A stretch of 64,000 nt of DNA, taken from assembly GCA_012295275.1 (NCBI GenBank), contig CM022673.1, forward strand, positions 29,822,001-29,886,000, written 5' to 3'. The notes beneath the pieces are model-generated. The model had not been told where the DNA came from. It made no database searches and saw only the letters and a list, made by a program, of their open reading frames with translations. Both the position numbers and the translations under genes were made by a program. This document shows positions 1-14,355 of the stretch, piece after piece. Position 1 is the stretch's first letter. Each line of letters starts with the position of its first letter. This stretch comes from Chrysomallon squamiferum (lineage: Eukaryota; Animalia; Mollusca).

Positions 1-99
1 ACTGTTGAATGATGACAGTGTTTTCCCTCAGTCAAAAACTATTAAGATGTATTGAGATGACAGTAAGCAGATACCACTGATTCATTCTTCCCATTTCAG

Positions 100-662
100 C
101 CATCACGAACTCCGTCTGATGATGAGCGAGAGCGCGACAGAGAGCGAGAACGCAGTTCACGCAGAAAGCGAATGGAGAGTCCGTCTGTTAAAAGAGAAAG
201 GGTAAGAAAGATTAAAGTTAAGCACAAAAATTCATAAACAGTAAATTTCTTTAATTACTCATCTCCTGTTTTATATTGTTGAATTTTTTTCTTAGATTTG
301 GAATTTATTACTTCTTTTTTTTTCTATTTTATTAGTCTGAGTACTGGCTACTTTATCACATTACTGTTTTAATACTGGATAGTGAAGATTAGCCATCTGT
401 AAAATATCATGGATCCACCAATAGAAACACATCAATAAAAAGAACTTTCTCTCTTTCTCTCTCTTTTCTCTCTCTTTCTCTCGCTTTCTCTCTCTCCGTC
501 TCTCTGTGTGAGTTTTTGTTTTATTACTTAATAAGTTTCAGTTTTTTATTTATTTATTTTTTTTAATTCTTTCAGAATAACAGTTCAGGCAGTGAACTGA
601 GTGAGGGTGAACTAGAAAAAAGAAGAAGACATCTTTTACAACAACTAGAAAGTGATTTGTGA
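100..662 (+). CDS. PRPF40A: Pre-mRNA-processing factor 40 homolog, last two coding exons (100-201, 576-662); gene is 5'-partial
   Basis: ttcag|100-201|gtaag gives PSRTPSDDERERDRERERSSRRKRMESPSVKRER; tttcag|576-662 gives NNSSGSELSEGELEKRRRHLLQQLESDL*. Both junctions are phase 0. SGSELSEGELEKRRRxLLxQL is the C-terminus I recognise from metazoan PRPF40A/B. Several AATAAA signals follow (about 909-1860). Confidence 0.88.
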
Positions 663-2069
663 AATGTTAAAAACATGTTTTAAAAAACCTTTTCCATTCT
701 TGATGCTTTTTTCAGCTGTTGATTACAGAAAAAAAATAACAAATCAGTTGGAAATTTATTTATGTATTCAGTTAGCCCGTGTTTTTAAATTTAAAAAAAA
801 AAAAAAAAAACAGGTCAAAAATTAAGATTAATTGTAGGTTGGAATAAGAGTATGAAATCAATCTAAATAACTGTAATCCAAAATTTGAAGTATTTTGGGG
901 GGAGAGGAAATAAAAACTTCATGGAGCTGATGTGTATCCTAATAAATTAGATAATTTAATTGTTGTTCTGTTTTTTATTTATTTTCTTTCTATTTTGTGC
1001 TTGTTTTTTCTTCTTCGTCTTTGTCTTTTTCCAAGAAGTGTGCAATTAATTTTGTCATCTCTAAAAAAAAAAAAAAAAAAAACAACCAAAATAACCTTTG
1101 CAGTTTTCCTTGTTTCAAATACATCATGAAACAGAGCAGATAATTATAAGAGCGGTTTGGAATTTAAAAAGTACAAAAGTAGTTATTAAATTGTAATGTG
1201 TGAATTCTGTTTCTTTAACACGAATGCTGCACATATTTTTCCCAGGAGGGTTATTACATTCGACATTGAGTGTTACAAGGTGTGAATTTGAAAGTACAAT
1301 AAGTTGATTGGAAAGTTATCATTTCAGACATATTGGTGTCAATTGGAAAATAAAATAGTGGCCTTGAAACCGAGAAAACTGTAATTTTAAACATGCCTGC
1401 TTTCAGTGTTTAACGAACTGAAGATAGAGCAAAATATCATTCACGTAACATTCAACAAAATGAAAAAAAAAATTTATTCTAACAAATAAGGTAGAGAAAT
1501 GCAAGTAAAATTATTTTAAAATGGCGATAAAGTCCTGTGAACAAGTAATGTGAATATATTATTTACAATAATCAATATATGCTGAAGTAGGCCAACTAAT
1601 CTTTGCTAATAATAAAGTATGACAACAAAATGCATAATGATAAATGGAAGCTAGTACTAATGCTGTATTACGCTACTATATTTTTGTTTACTGTAATTTG
1701 CATTTGGTGTGAAGCGGTGTCATAATAAAAGACCAGTGTCATTTTGTATCATTATTATTATTTTGTCATATTTCAATATTAGCAAAGGTTTGCGTGCAGG
1801 AATATAATATTAACCTGTAAACATATAAAATTAGTGTAGTTCGTTTGTAACCAATAAAGGGGGAAATCTATGATAGCAATATGTTTTGTTCCGGATATTG
1901 ATTTATACTGGTGTTGGAAATCTCAAAACGATAAAAAAATAATAATAATACATTAATAAATAATTAATTGTCGCAGTTGTTGAAAGGTTTTTATGTCTTT
2001 TTACCGTTTTTTTGTGCATTCAAGTCTTGTTCGAACTTGCATCGATGATATATACCACTCAACGCGTAG

Positions 2070-2198
<129 letters not shown>

Positions 2199-4281
2199 TG
2201 ATGATGATGACGAAGAAGAAGAAGAAAGAAAGAAAGTATAACAATGGAAATTTAAGAGTTTTAAAACGATACTAATTTCTTCAGATTCAGTGTTCAAAAC
2301 GTGTATTAGTCGAATTCGTTTAGCAGTGTCATTATATGCACTGCATGGGGAAATGTACATCTGACACCCAAGATTTACAAAGTTCTCACATTTTTACCAT
2401 TGATTAGATAAAAAATAATTACTCTAAAGTAATAAACTTGTTAGATACGCTTGGTATTTCCAAAATTCCTGCGTTAATATTTATTTTTAATAGTAAAACG
2501 TATTTGTGAAAATAGTGTAGTAACACACTGTATTATAATAGTTCTAGCTGTATTATCAACCGTTGTAAAAGCTTTTGCAGTAAAGTGGTTTTGTGGAAGT
2601 TGTAGTTGTAATAATTAATTATTTAGTACCAGTAGGTGCAGCAGCAGTGACGATGTAGGTGGCTGTAGTTACAGTCGCTTTAATAATATACAACGAACCT
2701 TGCAGCTGCTTAAGTATTTTGTTTGTTGATGCAGTCGTGGAGAAATAAGTAAAGATTAATTAGCAGATCGACTGCCTAATCTAATGATTGGCAGAATTTG
2801 TTCCGTTAGTCAGGTGCTTCAACACAGTTCAGCGATATATTAATACTTTACCGATTGTGAAAGCTGTAATCATTTAAATAATTATGTTTTCTCAAGAGCT
2901 TTATTAATTTGAGTGCATGCGGTGAACGTAATAGATACAAGTGTACAGGACATGTCATTCTGCTTTAACTGACAACAAGAATAAATAACAAAGACCAGGA
3001 AACATCATGAAATGAGTTAATTTTATTTATTTTGATTTTTCTTAATTTATTATTATTATTATCATCATCATCATTATTATTATTATCATCATCATTATCA
3101 TTATTATTATTATCATCATTATTTTCTTCTTTTTTTTCTATTTAATTATTTATTTTAATTAATTTTTATTTAATTTATTTATTGTATAATCTGCAAAACA
3201 TTACAGACACACACATACACAGGCACATATATGTATGTGTGTGTTTGTGTGTATGTGTGGGTGTGGGTGTGCGTGTGGGTGTGTGTGTGTATATATATAT
3301 ATATATGTATGTATGTGTACACTTTATTTAAGTATTAGTTCATAAACATTCTACCGCGTGATACATGGCCAAATATTTTATTGTATCAAATTGAAAACAT
3401 TTGAAAGTATTTAAAGTTATTCATTTTCAAATGATAGTTTAAAATTGAATAGAATATTGATATGTAATAAATACATTGGTTTATACAGAAGCAAGATTTA
3501 ATCTGCAATAATTTAGCATATAGGTCTTGCTTTAGACAATTATTTTAATCGGTTCAAAGGTATTGCCCACCAGTCTAGACAATTTAATATCAGATTAAGT
3601 ACAAATGCAGTTTTGTCTTAATATTATTGTCGTGTTGTGTGGCCTATTTGATATACATAATTCTAACCCCTAACTGTCAGCTTTAATTGTTTGGTTTACA
3701 CCTAATTCGAATTTACAGCAAACGTTCGAATTTGCAGCTCTAGAAATTAAATTAAATTCAATATTTTCTATAACATAACATAACACAATTAGATAACAAA
3801 CTACGTGAGAGAGTAAACGAAAACAAAATGAAGAAAAGAAAAAGAAAAAAAAAAAAGAAAGAGAGAAAAAAATTAAAAGCAAGCAGAGGAAGAAGAAGAA
3901 AAGGAAAAGAAAAAAAGAAAAAAAGAAAAGCAGGAAAGAAAACCAAATTAAATTAAAATGACATTAACATCAATTTGAAATAATTATTTTTCAGTATAAT
4001 GGAGCTCAAGAAAAGAAATAGGTTATAAGAAAAGATGTAAGATACTGGAATGAGTGTGTGCAATGTTAAAAGTAAAATCTGTTGAAGCTTGTGTAATTAT
4101 CAGAATAAATTTTCATTACCTGACTCATTTGTCTTGACGCTGGAAGCTTTTCATAAAGAAAATCTCTGTCGTTTTTACATCACAAAAGTGCAGAGTGTTT
4201 AACATTTAACTGTTTGTGCTGCAGAGAGATCATTCATGAGACTATTTTATCATCTTGACGATTGTGATTATGATTATGGTT

Positions 4282-4316
<35 letters not shown>

Positions 4317-5464
4317 ATAATAATTATTATTATTATTATTTGTACTTGTCGTGATAGTTGTAGTATAGCAGCAGTAGTAATAGTAGTTGTAGCAGTAACA
4401 GTGAGTAGAAGCATTACTAGTGATGGTAGTAGTTGTAATAACAACAACAAGTAGTAGCAGAGATAATAATAATAGTTACAGCGATATTGTTATTGTTGCT
4501 TTTGTTATTGTTAATGTTATCGTATTAGTTTTACTGTAGTTTGTCAACTCCTGCAGTGAATCTGTTCATTATCTTCTGTACGTGAGCTGATGAGCTTTCT
4601 CTTCAAGAGGAAAATAAATAAAGAATGAAGTCTTACCACAAGGTGACAGAAATTTATTATTTTAAATTTTTTCTTTTCCAATGCTATATTTTATTTACCG
4701 TTTACGTTTGTCATATTTTATGAGCTTAATTCAGTTTATTGCTGAATGTGTCAAAATAATGAATACTAAAAAACGTTAAAAAAGAAAGTCATAAAAGTCA
4801 CCCATAAAAACAATATATAGAGAAGCAAGTATCAGTTAATACATTCACGAATAAGATATTAAAAAAGAAAAGAAAAGGAAAAAATATTAAATAAATAAGA
4901 ATAGAAAAAGAAAAGAAATATATATTTTCGATACTGCTAGAGAAAACCAAGGAAAGTTTGGATAAAATAATTTTCACAGTTAAAATTAATTTAAGTTAAT
5001 CTTAGCTTTTGTTTTGTTTTGTTTTTACCGTCTTGATACATGCATATGATTCTACAATTATGAACGATTCCACAAACATTAAAAAATATATTAAGACAAT
5101 TTGGATTGAAAAGATTCTTGAAAATGCTTTAAATTAATGTATATTGTAATACTTCACTCACTAAATGCACGGCTGATGGGAAAAGAGAGAGGAAATGAAG
5201 GTGATAGGAAAGCAATGATAGAAATGGAGAGAGACAAAGTGAAGTAGAGAGCAAGAGATACATGGCGATCGATAGAAAGAGAAAGGACGAGAAAGTGGGG
5301 GTGGGGGTGGATATGTATGTGTGTCTGTGTAACGTCTTCATGTAAAGTGTATAAAAATAAACACTGTTTCCTAAGAAACATGTATCAACTTGAAGCAATA
5401 CTCCATAAATTAAATGATTTGTTTACTGCGCGGATATTTATGTATATCTCTGTGTGTATATGTT

Positions 5465-5496
<32 letters not shown>

Positions 5497-6163
5497 CGTA
5501 TGTGTGTCTGTGTATTTGTGCGTGTAAGTCTAAAAGTAAACATTATTTTCTAACAAATATGTAACACCTTGCAGCAGTACTCCAGACATCAACTGATTTA
5601 TTTACGAAGAGGATTATGTTGTAAGATATGCTTGTGTAGCCTCACACGCACATAATGCAACATCTCTTTTGTATTATTCTAGTACATGGTCACGTTGATG
5701 CAGCAGACGTAGGCGTTTGCCCAGACCATTCAGCTTTCAGTCTTTCTCTCTCTAAACAATTTTCTGTCTTTCAGCAAGCCGAAATACCTGATTAAAGATT
5801 AATAAAACATGTCATCCCAGACCAACAAGCGAATCAGTCTTCTAAAGTTGATAGATTGACACGTTCAAGAATATTGGGCCATACTAAATATAATTGAACA
5901 CTTTCTGCCATACAAATGAAACCGAGAGAATGGTTTTGTAATAAGGTTTTTAAAAATATTATTGTTTCGGCTTAATCAAACTTCTTTTATTCCTGTTAGA
6001 AGATAATGACATCGACTTCACTTTAATAACGAAAGAGAAAATAATGTGGAAAATGCAAACCTTTGCTGAAAACAAAAGCGCTTTAGAATAATCTTGTTGA
6101 AACGACCACTGTCAAAACCAGTCCAACAAAAAAAGTGCATTAGACTGACTTATTCTCTCTCTC

Positions 6164-6237
6164 CGGCACCCATTTTACTTATATTTTCCTTGTTGCTTTT
6201 AGCTATCGTTTTCATATTATTAATATTAATTCTCTCT
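6164..6237 (+). repeat. ~75-bp dispersed repeat, copy 1 (copy 2 at 12631-12705)
   Basis: cggcacccattttacYtaYattttYcttgttgcttttagctRtcgttttcatattattaatattWattctctctc at both positions. Confidence 0.88.
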
Positions 6238-6274
6238 CGTGGAATTAAATAGTCATGACTTATCGTCCTTCACA

Positions 6275-6320
<46 letters not shown>

Positions 6321-7140
6321 GAGACATATACACACATAAACAGGAAATATAATTTGAATATGAACCAATAAAACTGAAGGAAAAGAAAAGAAATCAAAAT
6401 AATAATTTAAAAAAATATATATTGTATTCATTGACCTAACAAATATTTTATTTTTCATACACTCTGTTGTAATTAGTTCTCTTCAAGAAAAAGTATTTTC
6501 AAAACACTGTTATTTGTTCCAGGCATCTGAGAATGAAGAGCTAATGAATACAGATTGTGATTATTAGTTTCTTTCCAGATACCGCGTTGATACTGTCCAG
6601 TCTTCATTTCAATAAAATTAAATTAATACGACATCGACAGAAAATAACAAGGGAAGTAACTTAGTGAATCGGAAAGCATAATTTGATTACGTACGAATTT
6701 CACGTTAAGGTCTCGTCAAGCAGATGATTGGCCAGAGGTGTGTTCCTTTAATTTTTATTTTTGTTCATTTTATATAAAATTAGGCTATAGGAAGAAGATG
6801 AGTAATAACAGTATTCTACGTAGCTCGAGCAGATTAGCCCTGTTTAACTGATATTGAATTTTCATTAAATTAAAGCTATATTACCATCATCACTAAATCG
6901 TCTTTGTTATTATTATCATTCTGAGTATCGTAAGTATTAATACTAATATAAATAAGGGGGGTGTTTGTTCTTTTTACATTATTATATTATTTTTTGGGGT
7001 AATATTAGTAGTAGCAGCAGGAGCAGTAACATATAGTAATAACAGTGATTATAGTAATAGAAGTAGCAGTAGTAGTAATAGCAGCAGTAGCTTCAGTAGT
7101 AATTTTGACAATAGTAGTAATTTTAACCATAGTAGTAATG

Positions 7141-7174
<34 letters not shown>

Positions 7175-7907
7175 CAGTAGTAGTAGCTGCTGTTGTATAA
7201 ATTATTATTGACATGTTCTTTCGAAGCTTTCCCTGAAGTAAAAGTTCGCTAGACACTAATATACAACTTAGTTTTTCATCACTTAAAATATATACGAATA
7301 TACAACGTATTCATTTATTTATTTGAGTAAATAATTATTTATTAAGATGTTGTATTAAAGCGACAGAAAATAACGTAATAAACAAAGTATTCAAACAAAT
7401 ATACACCAGATATGTTAATTTGTATGATGACTATATCTTGAAAAGAAGGTTAGATAATATTTTAAAAAATAAGACCAGAATGGATCTTTAAAAGAAGGCT
7501 AGACTGAAATGTTTCTGGTCGATAATTTAGATGCACATAAAAAAAAGTGTAATTTGAATTCTGAGAGAAACGAATGGTCTGATTCTGAATAAAACCAACT
7601 GCTTACAGGTAATCGAGTAACGTAGAACCGACAGAGGCACAATCGAGTAACGATGTTACGAGAGACACACTATTATATTATGTACAACCTCAAAATCATT
7701 TTTCCAGATGAGGTACGGTAAGGTAGCATCAAAGTTACTATTCAGAAATTAGTAACATGCTTGCCGAATAACGTTCTGTTAATTACGGATGACGTAGAGA
7801 TGAGTAAACTAAAACCAAACGACGTTCTGTTGAATCACTTATTCCGAAGAATCCATTACTGTGTGACGTTCGGCCATAAAAAAAACTGTTGAAAAACAAA
7901 TAACATA

Positions 7908-8245
7908 CAGGTACCGGACGCATTAGCCGGACTCCCTGGGGCCTGAGGCATTCCGGATTTCTGGATTTTCCCGTGTTCTGGTACCAACGCATCGAAATAC
8001 GTAAATAATTAGGCATAAACATTTTAAAATTTAAAACTTAAAGAAAATTGACGATACACAATTGAGGCGACTCGACACGTAAACAATGCGGCGAGTGAAT
8101 GAACACCACGCGGCTTGAAAGAGTAGTTCGGTCTGGTGAGGACAACACCCGCGCGTGCGAACTATAAAAATAACGTCAGGAAAAAAATATCCGGTTTTCT
8201 GGTCTTTCCGGATTTCAGGACGCCGGATAATTGGTCCGGTACCTG
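7908..8245. mobile_element. MITE, Tc1/mariner (pogo/Tigger-like) non-autonomous element, copy 1
   Basis: Terminal inverted repeats CAGGTACCGGAC...GTCCGGTACCTG flanked by TA on both sides (7906-7907, 8246-8247). Non-coding. A second diverged copy is at 33345-33658. Confidence 0.85.
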
Positions 8246-9236
8246 TATTGATAAAGAACGTATTGCTGAATAACGCATTTTAGAATAAGATATTTCCGAC
8301 TAACATTCTGCTGATTTAGATATTATCGATTAATATGCCACCGGTAATGCCAAATGACGTACTGTCGAATGATGTGAAAAATACTTAAAATTGATTAAGG
8401 ACTGCTGAATGGTCTACACTCGAATGTTTAATTTATTAGAACAGAAGCACATGTCAGTTTAAATTTGAATATTCCAGCTTCATGTATTTTATTTAAACGA
8501 TTTAAACACTTGAAACTGCTCACAAGCAAACTTTATTTGATAACGAAAAATCTTTGTTTTTCTTTTTTTTTTTTTCATTGTTTTTTTTTTTTTTTTTTTT
8601 TTTGAAAAAGAACAAAAAATTACTTCCTCAACCTAAAAATAAACTATTTTTAATTATTTTTTTGTTTTTCCTCCTTTGTTGCTTTTTTTATTATTTATTT
8701 ATTTATTTTATTTTTTATATTATTATTATTTCCTCAGTTATAATACTGAATGAATATCAGCAATATTTTTGAGCAAATTATTTACAAATTTGAACTATTT
8801 TCTTCGAAGTGTATTGTGCCTGCCCCCGCTGTTTCCATACTAATATTTCCGGTACTGCAATAAAACAAAAAATAAAATTATGTTTGAAAGTTACTGATTG
8901 GCCAGTTCTTTAATACAAACAGATTCTAAAATTAATGGACACGAGGGAAATATTCCAAATCACGACATCCTCGAGAGGCCAGTTAGTGAATCTCGACAAT
9001 GTGGCATGGTCGGAAAGAGGCAAGTCTAACGTCAAATGCGCACAATTTGCTGCCCTTTGGTTCGTTTCCAATTTCCGGCTAATGACAGAAATAAGCGGAA
9101 TAATAAATCAATGGAGGAAGTAAATGGCCTCGTTCTGGCCATTTTAGTGACCGAAGATGAACCAGTTAATAAATAAAATAAAATAAAATCATATCAAATT
9201 AAATAAAATAATAAATAAATTCGAAAACAATAACAA

Positions 9237-9268
<32 letters not shown>

Positions 9269-9488
9269 CAATAAAAACAGACAATCTGCGTCAACTGCTC
9301 AAACATAATTTTTTCATATTTTATGGAAAAGTCATCTGCTCCATACACGTTCTAGATTCGTAGCGACGGTGTTAGCTGTACCACAGTTGTCGTATAAAAA
9401 TATTTGTGGAACGACGCCAGTTTTCGTCTGCGAACCAGTCCTTTCCACAATAACTTACTGCAGCAGCAGCAGCAGTAGTAGTAGTAAC

Positions 9489-9847
9489 CAGGGCGCTTCC
9501 ATATACAGGCGAACTTGGTAAATCAGGCAGCGGCCTAGGCGCAGATTTCAGGGTTGAACATTTCTCCGAATCAACAACAGTTTTGAAAAATAAATAGATT
9601 TTCCGTAGAATCACGCGAAAGTCAAACTGAGGGCGACAACTCCTTATTTTAATGGTATACAAAAAGAAAGAAATGGCCTGTTTGGGGTAATTAAAATGTC
9701 CGGTACAGAAAAATCTTGCTTCTACAGATCGCATAGGATGTTGAAAATAAATGTTTTAAAAATATTGTATATAGATTTTGAAACTGATATTTTCCTGGGG
9801 ACGCTAGAATCTTGCGTAGGGCGCCAGATAGTCTGGGCGCCGGCCTG
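9489..9847. mobile_element. Degenerate hAT-like MITE
   Basis: GC-rich ends CAGGGCGCTTCC... and ...GGGCGCCGGCCTG, subterminal (T)AGGGCGC/TAGGCGC motifs, an AT-rich core, and near-identical 8-bp flanks gtagtaac / gtactagc (6/8) consistent with an aged target-site duplication. Confidence 0.55.
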
Positions 9848-12493
9848 GTACTAGCAGAAGAAATAATGGTGGCATGTAGTTATATTCCAGCAATATTTTT
9901 CACTGTTGTCGTTGAATTTCCATTTTTTTTTTTTTTTTTTAATTTGTTCTTCCCCCACCCCATTCTTATTTTATTCAAACTGTTGTCACCCAGAGCCATC
10001 TCTGCTCGTAAAAATGCAAAATCTGGACTGAATATTCAACAGCATTTAATTAACATCACCCGGGATTCGTCACCTGACGTCACAGCGCCAGACGTGATTC
10101 TGTGCATGTATCTACGTGGATTCGTTCACTTTCCGTGCTGGTTTCCAGTGAGTTAGAGAGATTGTTCGATATACTGTGATTTAAAATGTTACAGAATAAG
10201 ATTTAAATTAATACATGTTGTAATACACCAGTGACCCGATGGCCCGATGGCGTCTTTTGCAGTGAGAGGTTCAACTGTGACAACAAGATAAACATATAAA
10301 TAATTTATTAAATGTAAATCTTGAAGTTCCATGGTTAATGAATTAACATGGAAACTATTCTTCTTTCTTGTACTTTAATTGCTATCGCTCAGAATATATC
10401 TGTATATCTAGTTCTATATTTCATATGCCAAATAAATATTAATGTATATATTATGCACACATAAAAATGTGTTTGATAGTTTGTTTAAAATTTCATACAA
10501 TTAACTAAAATTTAAAAATTAATATCTTTTGAAAATCAAATGAAAGCTTTGCCCGTTATATCATACTCTCAAACATTTCCGTACGCTGTTACAAGCAATA
10601 CGCAATATTTATTATGCACCAGTCTGCATATGATTTGAAGTTACTATTTAATTCCATATTGTTAATTAAGATTCAGAGATATAAGCCTGTGGGACTAATA
10701 AATAATTTCTAAAAGCAAATTACAACGAGTTGGACGATGTTTCGAATGCCCTTGTGCATATATCAATCAAAAGCAAACATGGCGTCCATCCGGCAGGCTG
10801 TATAGCAGTTGGTAATTGGACAACATTGTTAAACGATTCTCAGATGTTTTCATTTACTTCCGTCCATTTCAATATCATCTTCATTAAAATCCGGCATTTT
10901 CAAATTTCGAAGACTGGGTCGGATCCAAAATTTCGGAAAAAAGTAATTGGATAATCATTATTGTGATAAAACAGATGACATTTTTTAAGTGAAAAAAGGG
11001 TCGTTGAGAAAAGAAAAAAGAAAACAGAAAGTGTCGAATAAAACAGAAGTCAGAAACCCGAACCTGTCTGTGCAGTGAAATCAGTAAATTTTTCATAACA
11101 AAAGTAATATAAATGTCTTTCGACAGAACAACTTGGAAATCAAAAGCTCGCCTGTTCATTAGATTCAGTATTTACTTTCTGTATTAGAGATGAAGACTGG
11201 TTCCTTTTAAGAAGTATTAGTTTCTGGCTAATACAAAATAACAACATAGTGATATGTATAATGATATCGATAACAAATAATTAGTTCCATTCTTACCGTT
11301 TACTATTTTTGTTATTGTTTTTTTAAATTATTATTATATTATTTTCTGGTAGTGGTAGTTGTATATATTACAAGTGCATATATCAGTATATTCCACTTTC
11401 ATTTATTAATATTATAAAATATTGATCACATAATCATATGACAGATATATAATACAAGCGATTTTAAGATTTATAAAAAAAAAAAAAAAAAAAAGAAAGA
11501 AAAAGAAAAAAAAACTTATTTGTGACGGAATATAAAATTCATTGTAAAATAACCTTTATTACAAAGTATAAGGCGTCAATAGGCTAATTAAAAATAAAGA
11601 CAAAAAAAAAGTCAAGGAAGGAAACCCACAAACGTTTAAAAATGTGTGGATGAATACGGCCTTTTCAAAATATGTGCACCAGATTAGTCAAGAAGAATTG
11701 CAAATCATTTTAATCATAGTAAACACCATCTTCACTAGCCTGGTTTATTTTAAATGCTTTCTTCAATCAAGGTTAATATCTGAAACGACTGCAACGGCAA
11801 GACAGAAACCAGAATGTACGATTCTGGTAACAATACATTTCACCGAGGTTAGGACCGTTTCTTCGATCTGACTAAAGATCGTAAAAGATAGGATATTGCT
11901 CTTAACTTGATTACACCTGATATTTTTTTGCCAATACTTTATCCAGAAAGATGCGGTTAAATTTTTAACAGATGTCATACGACCACTTCAACTCTTGCGA
12001 ATAAAAGTTCCGTTTGAGGCGATGAATTTTGCAACTTTGAACCGCTGCCAATTACAAGGTGACTGCGTTCATGCTTGTAAATAATCGTACACGAGAAAAT
12101 TTAATTCCTTTTCCTAATTTCGGAGAAGAGAATTTCGGTGTAAAGCGTGTTGCAGGTGTGTGCGAAACCAATCAAATTACTAACCCGAGTCTTCAAACTA
12201 AACTGTGCAATGTGGCAGCAGAGGTCCGCGCACGTGTAAACTCACCGCCCTAAACCCCATTCTGGTCCAGTTTAATTTCCCAGGTGTCACTTTGAACGTG
12301 TCAAGTGACACGTTTTGGTGACAGTTTGGTTACATCCCAGTCAGAAATAATTTAAACAACATCAGTATGTTTATATTTTTTTGTTGTTGGTTTGAAAGAA
12401 AAATAACCAAAGTATTCAGGCAATTCTCATTATTTAAGTTTTGTTTTGATATTTAGAATTGTATCCGTGAAAGAGAGAAAGAGAGACAGAGAA

Positions 12494-12592
<99 letters not shown>

Positions 12593-12630
12593 TGGAAGAG
12601 GAGGACAGAATATGAAATCTTAAATGTCTG

Positions 12631-12694
12631 CGGCACCCATTTTACCTACATTTTTCTTGTTGCTTTTAGCTGTCGTTTTCATATTATTAATATT

Positions 12695-12705
<11 letters not shown>
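12631..12705 (+). repeat. ~75-bp dispersed repeat, copy 2, between (GA)n and (CT)n tracts
   Basis: Matches 6164-6237 with about 5 substitutions. Confidence 0.88.
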
Positions 12706-12764
<59 letters not shown>

Positions 12765-12831
12765 GTTATTAGTGTTACTGAGTTCTAGTTGTTGTTGTTA
12801 TTATTATTTTACTTGTTTAAAAATAAAATAA

Positions 12832-12885
<54 letters not shown>

Positions 12886-13203
12886 TGTGTGTATGCTACA
12901 TATTTATATAGATATATATAAAACTAAGAATATTTTTCATCTCTTTTGCACGATTTTTTTTTTTTTTGTTTATATTTTTTTAATTTTTATTACCAGCTCA
13001 TAACGGAACCAGATCATGACTTTTGTTTCGTAATGTGACAGAAAGAATCGATAATTTAAAAGATCAGCCATGCAGACAAAATGAAATTTTCTCATCTGAA
13101 TATAATTTAAAAACTGAGAATAGTTTTCTCAAGATAGTTCAGTATTAACTTGTCATTCAAAACATCCCCTGTGATTTCAAATCAGTAATCTTCAAATAAC
13201 TAA

Positions 13204-13304
<101 letters not shown>

Positions 13305-13436
13305 TTGTGAACACTAAACTTTATGATATAACGGAATATGAACTAAATAAAAACAAAAAAAAAAAATAATAATAATATAAATACGAAGTAACAGGAAAAC
13401 TAATATTCTGAAGAAAAAGGAGCAAAAACAGAAATC

Positions 13437-13473
<37 letters not shown>

Positions 13474-14287
13474 GAATACAAAGCTCTATGAAAATTATAA
13501 CGTGAACTCGACATGTCAGGAAAAATCAAAATCTATGGAATATACTCTGAACACAAAATCCTATGAAAATTATAAAAGAATTGTGAAAAAATATAATGTA
13601 AACATACACTATTATGAAAAGAAGAATTATGAACATAAAATACTTAAAAAATAAACTGTAATGTCAAGGTCAAGTAAAGTAGTACCTGTCTTGTGGGGCC
13701 GAAAGTGTCCCTACATCGCAGAAAGACAAATTTTATAGACAATGTTTGGACAGTTTTTATTCTGCTCCTACAGACCAGTACCCGGGTATTACCATGGCAA
13801 GCATCGCGGCTTTCACCTAAAACACAGTTTCAAACATATCGAGTTCACTGATAAACAAAACAATAAATGCTCAGAAATTCAAAGAAAGGTCCGATTTGTG
13901 CCAGCCGCACCATCTTTTCGAACTCGAAATTCCACTAAAACGCGATGTGTAAAAAAACATGGTTATTGGAATGATGTTGAATGTTTGAATTATCAAAATT
14001 ACCTTCAAAATGGGCTGAACTCGCACGCTTTGGAGTGGCAGATATTTGACGATTGCAGTTTGCGGGATCTTTTGCGATTAGACAAACACAACACTGCTAG
14101 CAAACACAGTGCACAGCAGGGAATGAGCGATGTCATTTTTAAAAATATCGTGTGATGCTGCCGTAAAACCATAACATTATTCATTCTGGAGAAAAAAAAT
14201 TCTATACGGAAAAAAAAAAAAATAAATAAAAAGCTGTCCGCGTCCACTGATCTAAGGGACGAATCCGTTGAAAAACAATCTGGACTC

Positions 14288-14355
14288 GGAAAGGTGACCG
14301 TACATCATGGTGACCACTAAAGGGAAAGGTGACCGCACATCATGGTGACCACTAA
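14288..14355 (+). repeat. Tandem duplication, 35-bp period, 2 copies
   Basis: ggaaaggtgaccgYacatcatggtgaccactaa x2; four GGTGACC motifs in total. Confidence 0.9.

Noticed and set aside
14288-14355. 35-bp direct repeats suggestive of a CRISPR array
   Set aside because: Only two adjacent copies, no spacers, no cas genes, and a eukaryotic context.
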